Origin: Octopus vulgaris
Taxonomy: Eukaryota
Assembly: GCA_951406725.2 (NCBI GenBank)
Contig: OX597829.1
Location: 18,352,001 to 18,416,000, forward strand
Length of the DNA: 64,000 nucleotides
Reading direction: 5' to 3'
Positions 56,968-64,000 of this stretch are shown one piece after another. The notes beneath the pieces were generated by a model. The model had not been told where the DNA came from and did no database searches. It saw nothing but the letters and a program-made list of their open reading frames with translations. The position numbers were made by a program, and so were the translations under genes. Numbering within the stretch: the stretch's first letter is position 1; each line of letters opens with the position of its first letter.

Positions 56968-58217
56968 TCAGGTTGGTGCAAAGGTAACGGCTGATTTTAA
57001 GGTTTCTATTAAAATTTTAAAAGTCCATGATTAAGACAATATTTATTTATTAATATAATTTCCATTGCTTTCTAGAAACTTATAAATGCTATGCTTGTAA
57101 AACTGTTTAAGTTTTGATGTGAAGTATGAATCCATTGCCTTTTCAACCTCTTTTCTTGATGTCAACCTAAGACCATTCAAATGGTTCTGTAGTCCCCAAA
57201 ACAAGTGATAATCAGAAGGAGCAAGGTCTGGAGAATATGGAGGATGAAGCAATATTTTCCAGCCAAGCCCTTCCCAGAGATCATTGGTCATTTGAGCTGT
57301 TTGAAGACAAGCATTATTATGGTGGAGGATGATACCATTTCTGTTGACTAAGCAGAGTCACTTTCTGTTCAAAGCTGCTTTCAGACAATGAAGTCAATCA
57401 CAGTAGAGATTAGCAGTAATTGTTTGATTGTTGTCTAACAGTTCATAATGGACAATTCCTTCAATATCCCACCATACACTCAACATGATCTTTCTTGGAT
57501 GAAGTCCTCCTTTTGGTTGTTGAACAGGTCTTCTTCCTCAACTGATCCACAATCAGTAATATTTAATGTTATGTTAAACAATTCACTTCTAATCACCTGT
57601 AACAAACCTTCCTAAAAATGGTCCCTTAAGGTGTCGTGAAAGCAATGACTGACAACAAACAACATGCTGCTGTAGATTCCCTGGGGACAGTTCGTGCGGG
57701 ACCCATTTTCCAACCATTGAAACCTTTCCGATCCTTTTCAGTTGGCATAGAACAGCCATATGGGTTACATTAAACTGTTCTGCAAGTCCTCTGCAAATAG
57801 TGGTTGGATTTTCATTGACAACAGCTTCCAATTCCTCAGAGTCAAGTTGTTTTGAACAACCTTCTTTTGGCTCATCTTTCAAACTCATATCCCCATGTCT
57901 GAAGTGAGAAAACCATCTGCAACTTCTTTCATTCACTTCATCATCCCCATAAACTCTCTGAAGAAACTTAGATGGTGTGCTTGCATTGACACCTTTATGA
58001 AACTCATAGAGTAAGACATGTCTAAGGTGATCTTTAGATGGGATGAACATGGGTGCGAATGTAGCTGAATATTATGGCCAATGCAATCAGAATCTGAAAG
58101 AAAGTGTATAAATTACTCATTGTGACATTCTTAAAACATTGCGAAAGGTACAATTTAAAAAAATACTATCTAAAACTGTTTTCTAAAAAGTTGGTCATTG
58201 ACTTTGCACTAACCTGT
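56968..58217 (-). mobile_element. Mariner (Tc1/mariner, DD34D-type) transposon with disrupted transposase
   Basis: TIRs tcaggttggtgcaaag / ctttgcactaacctgt. WVPHEL and VTGD occur in ORF 57589-58050, and HPPYSPDLAPSDYHLF in ORF 57043-57291. Confidence 0.92.
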
Positions 58218-58219
58218 CG

Positions 58220-58252
<33 letters not shown>

Positions 58253-59121
58253 ATATGTATAAACAATGGGCTTCTTTCAGTTTCCATCTGATAGCTGACA
58301 AAATGTAGAGGAGTTTCCCCTCCTTGAAAATGAAACACATTGTAGCTTGATTATGTAATATAATTATGATGGTGGTGGTATGTTGATGATGATGAGGAGG
58401 AGGAGACGGGGAGGGGAGGGGGCGGCGGCGGTGGTGGCGGCGGTGGTAGTGGCAGTGGTTGTGGTGGTATTAATGATGAAGATGATGATGGTGATGATGA
58501 TGAGGAGGAGGGGGAGGAGGAGAAGGATGGTAGTAATGATGATGGTGATGGTAGCAGCGATGATGATGATGATGATGATGATGACGACAATAAGGAAAAA
58601 GAGGCCTCAGTGTGAGACTAGAGGAACATTAAAAAAAAAAGGCAACGATGCCAATGTCAAGGATAATCAGGTGTATACATGTTGTTTAGCTGCAGGTCAA
58701 TCTCAGTTAAGTAGAGATATGTTAAAAATTTAGTTGTTCCACCCATAAACATCTCACCACTTTGTACACACCACATAACTACACCATCAACAAATTGTAT
58801 TATCCCTTTTCTTTTTTTCCCTTCTTTTTTTTTTTGTTTTTGATTTAAGATTCTGAGATGCAGTCTGAAAGTCATTTGGCTGCTATTTTCAGCAGGTGAA
58901 ACGATCACATAGAAACTTCCTTATTGGTTAGTTTGCATAAATAGGTGCATTCTCTATTGTACATTAACTATTGTTTTACACGTCCAAATATGTTTTTCTT
59001 AATTTACACCTCAAATATCTTTACATTCTTTTAATCTATATTTTTATCTATATATTAATATGTGGTACTTTTATGTATATAGATCTATTGATCTCTATCA
59101 AATTGTATTAAATGTATGTGT

Positions 59122-59279
59122 AGGAGTGGCTCTGTGGTAAGTAGCTTACTTAACAACTACATGGTTCCGGGTTCAGTCTCACTGCATGGCACCTTGGGCG
59201 AGTGTCTTCTACTATAACCTTGGGCTGACCAAAGCCTTGTGAGTGGATTTGGTAGGTGTAAACTGAAAGAAGCCCATCG

Positions 59280-59318
<39 letters not shown>

Positions 59319-59548
59319 GTATGTGTGTGTATATGTTTATGTGTCTGTGTTTGCCCCCCAACATCACTTGACAACCAATGCTGGTGTGTTTACACCACCC
59401 CTGTAACTTAGCGGTTCAGCAAAAGAGATAGACAGAATAAGTACTAGGCTTACAAAGAATAAGTCCTGGGGTCGATTTGCTCGACTAAAGGCGGTGCTCC
59501 AGCATGGCTGCAGTCAAATGACTGAAACACATAAAACAGTAAAAGAGT
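59122..59548 (+). mobile_element. SINE family A
   Basis: Full-length match. Confidence 0.9.
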
Positions 59549-60111
59549 ATATTTTTAAGAATATGTTTAAAATTTTGCATCTGGGAAATTGTTGGTTGAC
59601 CTATTCTTTGTTTCTGAATTTAGTTCTTTATTATATATATATATATATGTTTTGTTCTCATTGTCCTGTTTTTCTCACCCCTTTCATCCTCCACTAAAAA
59701 TCTCAAATTTTATTTAATTCGTTTTGCGGGAAGGACTGTTTTAATGAAGTCGCATCTTGTACCTACCTTCGAAACGCAGAGTAGATAAAACAGGGGACAA
59801 CTGATGAAAGGATTGTTCTTTATGTTGCCTGTCTCATTTCTCGATTTGTTTCTTTCGTTGTTTGAAAAAAAGGTAATTTTCCATGTTTTTGTTTTTTATA
59901 TTCTCGTTTCTAATTTTGTCTATGTTGTTTTGATGTCCTGTACACATATATGCATGTATATATACATATATATGTAGGTATGTACATAGATGTATACATA
60001 TATATGCATATATTTATATATTTCTTATATTATATATATATATATATATATACACATGCATTATTTACATTATTTACATGATGGATATTTGTCCTGATCA
60101 TGTTTGTTGTT

Positions 60112-60157
60112 AACGCAACGTTTCAGCTGATATACTCTCCAGCCTTCTTCAGGTGTC
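60112..60157 (-). ncRNA. Minimal type-I hammerhead motif
   Basis: Minus: gacac-CTGAAGA-A-GGCTGG(agagtata)TCAGCT-GAAA-CG-TT-gcgtt. Confidence 0.65.
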
Positions 60158-60209
60158 TTGGGGAAATTTTGAACCTGGGTTCTCGTTCCTAAGGAATTTT
60201 TCGATGTTG

Positions 60210-60272
<63 letters not shown>

Positions 60273-60369
60273 TCACTGCCTGGAATCAATGGCAGCATTC
60301 ATCCTATGTTTCTGGACTGCCACATTAGCTTGGCTTTAGCTATTAAAATATATATATATAAATAAATAA

Positions 60370-60406
<37 letters not shown>

Positions 60407-61159
60407 TATATATATACATACACACACACACACATACACACACACACACATATATATATATATAAAATACAAAATGGGACAAAAACGTAAAACATCTGGA
60501 CAATTAGGTGATACAAAAACAAAACATCCAGATTGACGATACAAAAAACATGGACTGCTCATTCGAACCCTTTAATCTTCAGTCAAGAACCAGATCGTCA
60601 TCGCAATTTCGGCTGATTAATCTTGAGATTGCTCCAATCTGGCCAGCCCCAAGGAAAAACTAAGCTAAGAGCATTTGATTCCTTGGAAAAAAGCATGTGT
60701 TTGTGTGTGTATATATATATACACACACATATATATATACATATATACTTATATACTTAGCCCCATGTAAAAAAGAGCCCAGTATACTTTGTAAATTGAT
60801 TGGTATTAGGAAGGAGATCCAGCTGTAGAAACCAAGTCAAAGCAGACAATTGGAAATTGGTGTAACCTTCCAGCTTACCAGATCTTGTCAAACAATCTAA
60901 CCCATGCCAGCATGGAAAACAGGCATTAAAGGATGATGATGATAGTGATAATGATGATGATGACAACGATGATGATTATGATGATGACATACATATACAC
61001 ATTCACAACAGGCTTCCATCAATTTCCATAATCCAACTCCACTCAAAAACGAGCCTTGATCAGACTGGGGTTATAGTAAAAGACACTTACACAAGGTGCC
61101 ATGCAGTGGGAGAAGACCCAAAACCACATGGTTTGAATCAAGCTTCTTAACCACACAGC

Positions 61160-62773
<1,614 letters not shown>

Positions 62774-63310
62774 CATACACCCAATGCCTGTGCATTTTTC
62801 AAAGACTCTAAAACAATTAGTTCCCATTTAATTGCTTTGCTATGACCATATTGCATTTATCAAAACACTACAAACAAGAAATCCAGTATAAATTTCATAG
62901 AAATCTTTGATTTCAACATACTTGGAAGCATTACTAGTACTTAGTTTGTCTTCTAAAGATTCTGTTCAAAGAATCAAAAGATGAAGATCTTGATTTGCCA
63001 TCCTAGATATCAGTTTTCCACCTTCACCTCATTGGCTGGAAACAATTTAGAAGGAGAGGAAGGTTTAACTGAGGTCAGAGCTGAAAGCGCAGACTAGACA
63101 AGGCTGACAAGAACATCAGAAGTATCTTTGTGTTGAATGACATTAGGGGCCATAGCAGCAGTTATAGTATGTATTTGGTAATCATGTACATGTGTGCACG
63201 TATGTAAGAGTGTATGTGTGCAGGTTTGTGTTTGTGTGTGTACAATACATACATACATAGACAGACAGACAGACAGATAGATAGATATATATATATAGAT
63301 AGATAGATAA

Positions 63311-63353
<43 letters not shown>

Positions 63354-63567
63354 GATTGATAGATAGATAGATATAGATATAGATATACATACATATATAT
63401 ATATATAATGTATATAGATATGCACACACATATGTATACACACACACATACACACATGTATATATATAACTGAATATGGAACTGAAAGCACAGACCAGAC
63501 AAGGCAATCAAGAACATTGGAATCCTCTTTCTGTATGTGTGTGTATATACATATACGCACACACACA

Positions 63568-63617
<50 letters not shown>

Positions 63618-64000
63618 GACACACACACACAGACACACACACACACACGCATGTATACATGTGTCACATCTGAAATCTTTCTCTTTCTTTCTCTTTCTTT
63701 CTCACACTCCCTTCTTTCTCTCATGCATCAAATCCTTTTTAATCTCCAGACACCCCAGACACTATTCTTAATTCTACAGTTATTTTTTGCCCCCCTTTTT
63801 CCCTTAAGCACTTCTCTCATAATCCGGGGCCACAAAACACAATTCACATGCTAATTTCATCTCATCCCCAGTTTTGTTTTTTTTGTGTGTTATTTATTTA
63901 TTGTTTTGCAGCTTCCCCCCCCCCAGCCACCGCCTTCACCATCATCATCTTTCTCACAACCCTTTACCCTCCATATACCACAATTAACCATTGATACTGC

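Noticed and set aside
59720-59792. Hammerhead at gaagg...ccttc-gaaac
   Set aside because: Stem II and GAAA are present but there is no CUGANGA-like core. At best a decayed relic.
60550-60660. Minus-strand hammerhead-like segments
   Set aside because: One lacks the core and the other has GAAT and no stem II, so they were not counted.

Overview
Eukaryotic, AT-rich, microsatellite-saturated non-genic (intergenic or intronic) DNA. The repeat content (abundant tRNA-derived SINEs with internal TA/CA tracts, RTE/CR1/Tx1-like LINE fragments, Helitrons) points to an octopus or other coleoid cephalopod genome, which is an inference. No host protein-coding exon can be supported, and almost all ORFs in the track are translations of simple repeats. 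Real coding remnants all derive from transposons: two CR1/Jockey-group RT fragments (47.5 kb, 61.3 kb), RTE and Tx1-like fragments, a mariner transposase, a hAT dimerisation domain and three Penelope-like (PLE) GIY-YIG/RT remnants. The most interesting signal is a set of about 11 type-I hammerhead-ribozyme-like motifs from about six PLE-related families. Most sit in (TA)n tracts, and several lie in fold-back (inverted-repeat) elements. They include canonical cores (42.5/45.1 kb, 12.5 kb, 55.6 kb, 60.1 kb) and recurrent non-canonical cores (U4C, A6U). Also notable are a SINE/LINE shared 3' tail visible inside the window, a 144-bp flanking duplication around one SINE, a 230-bp-arm palindrome, a solo LTR and several nested insertion stacks. 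Coordinates were read by eye and may be off by a few bases.
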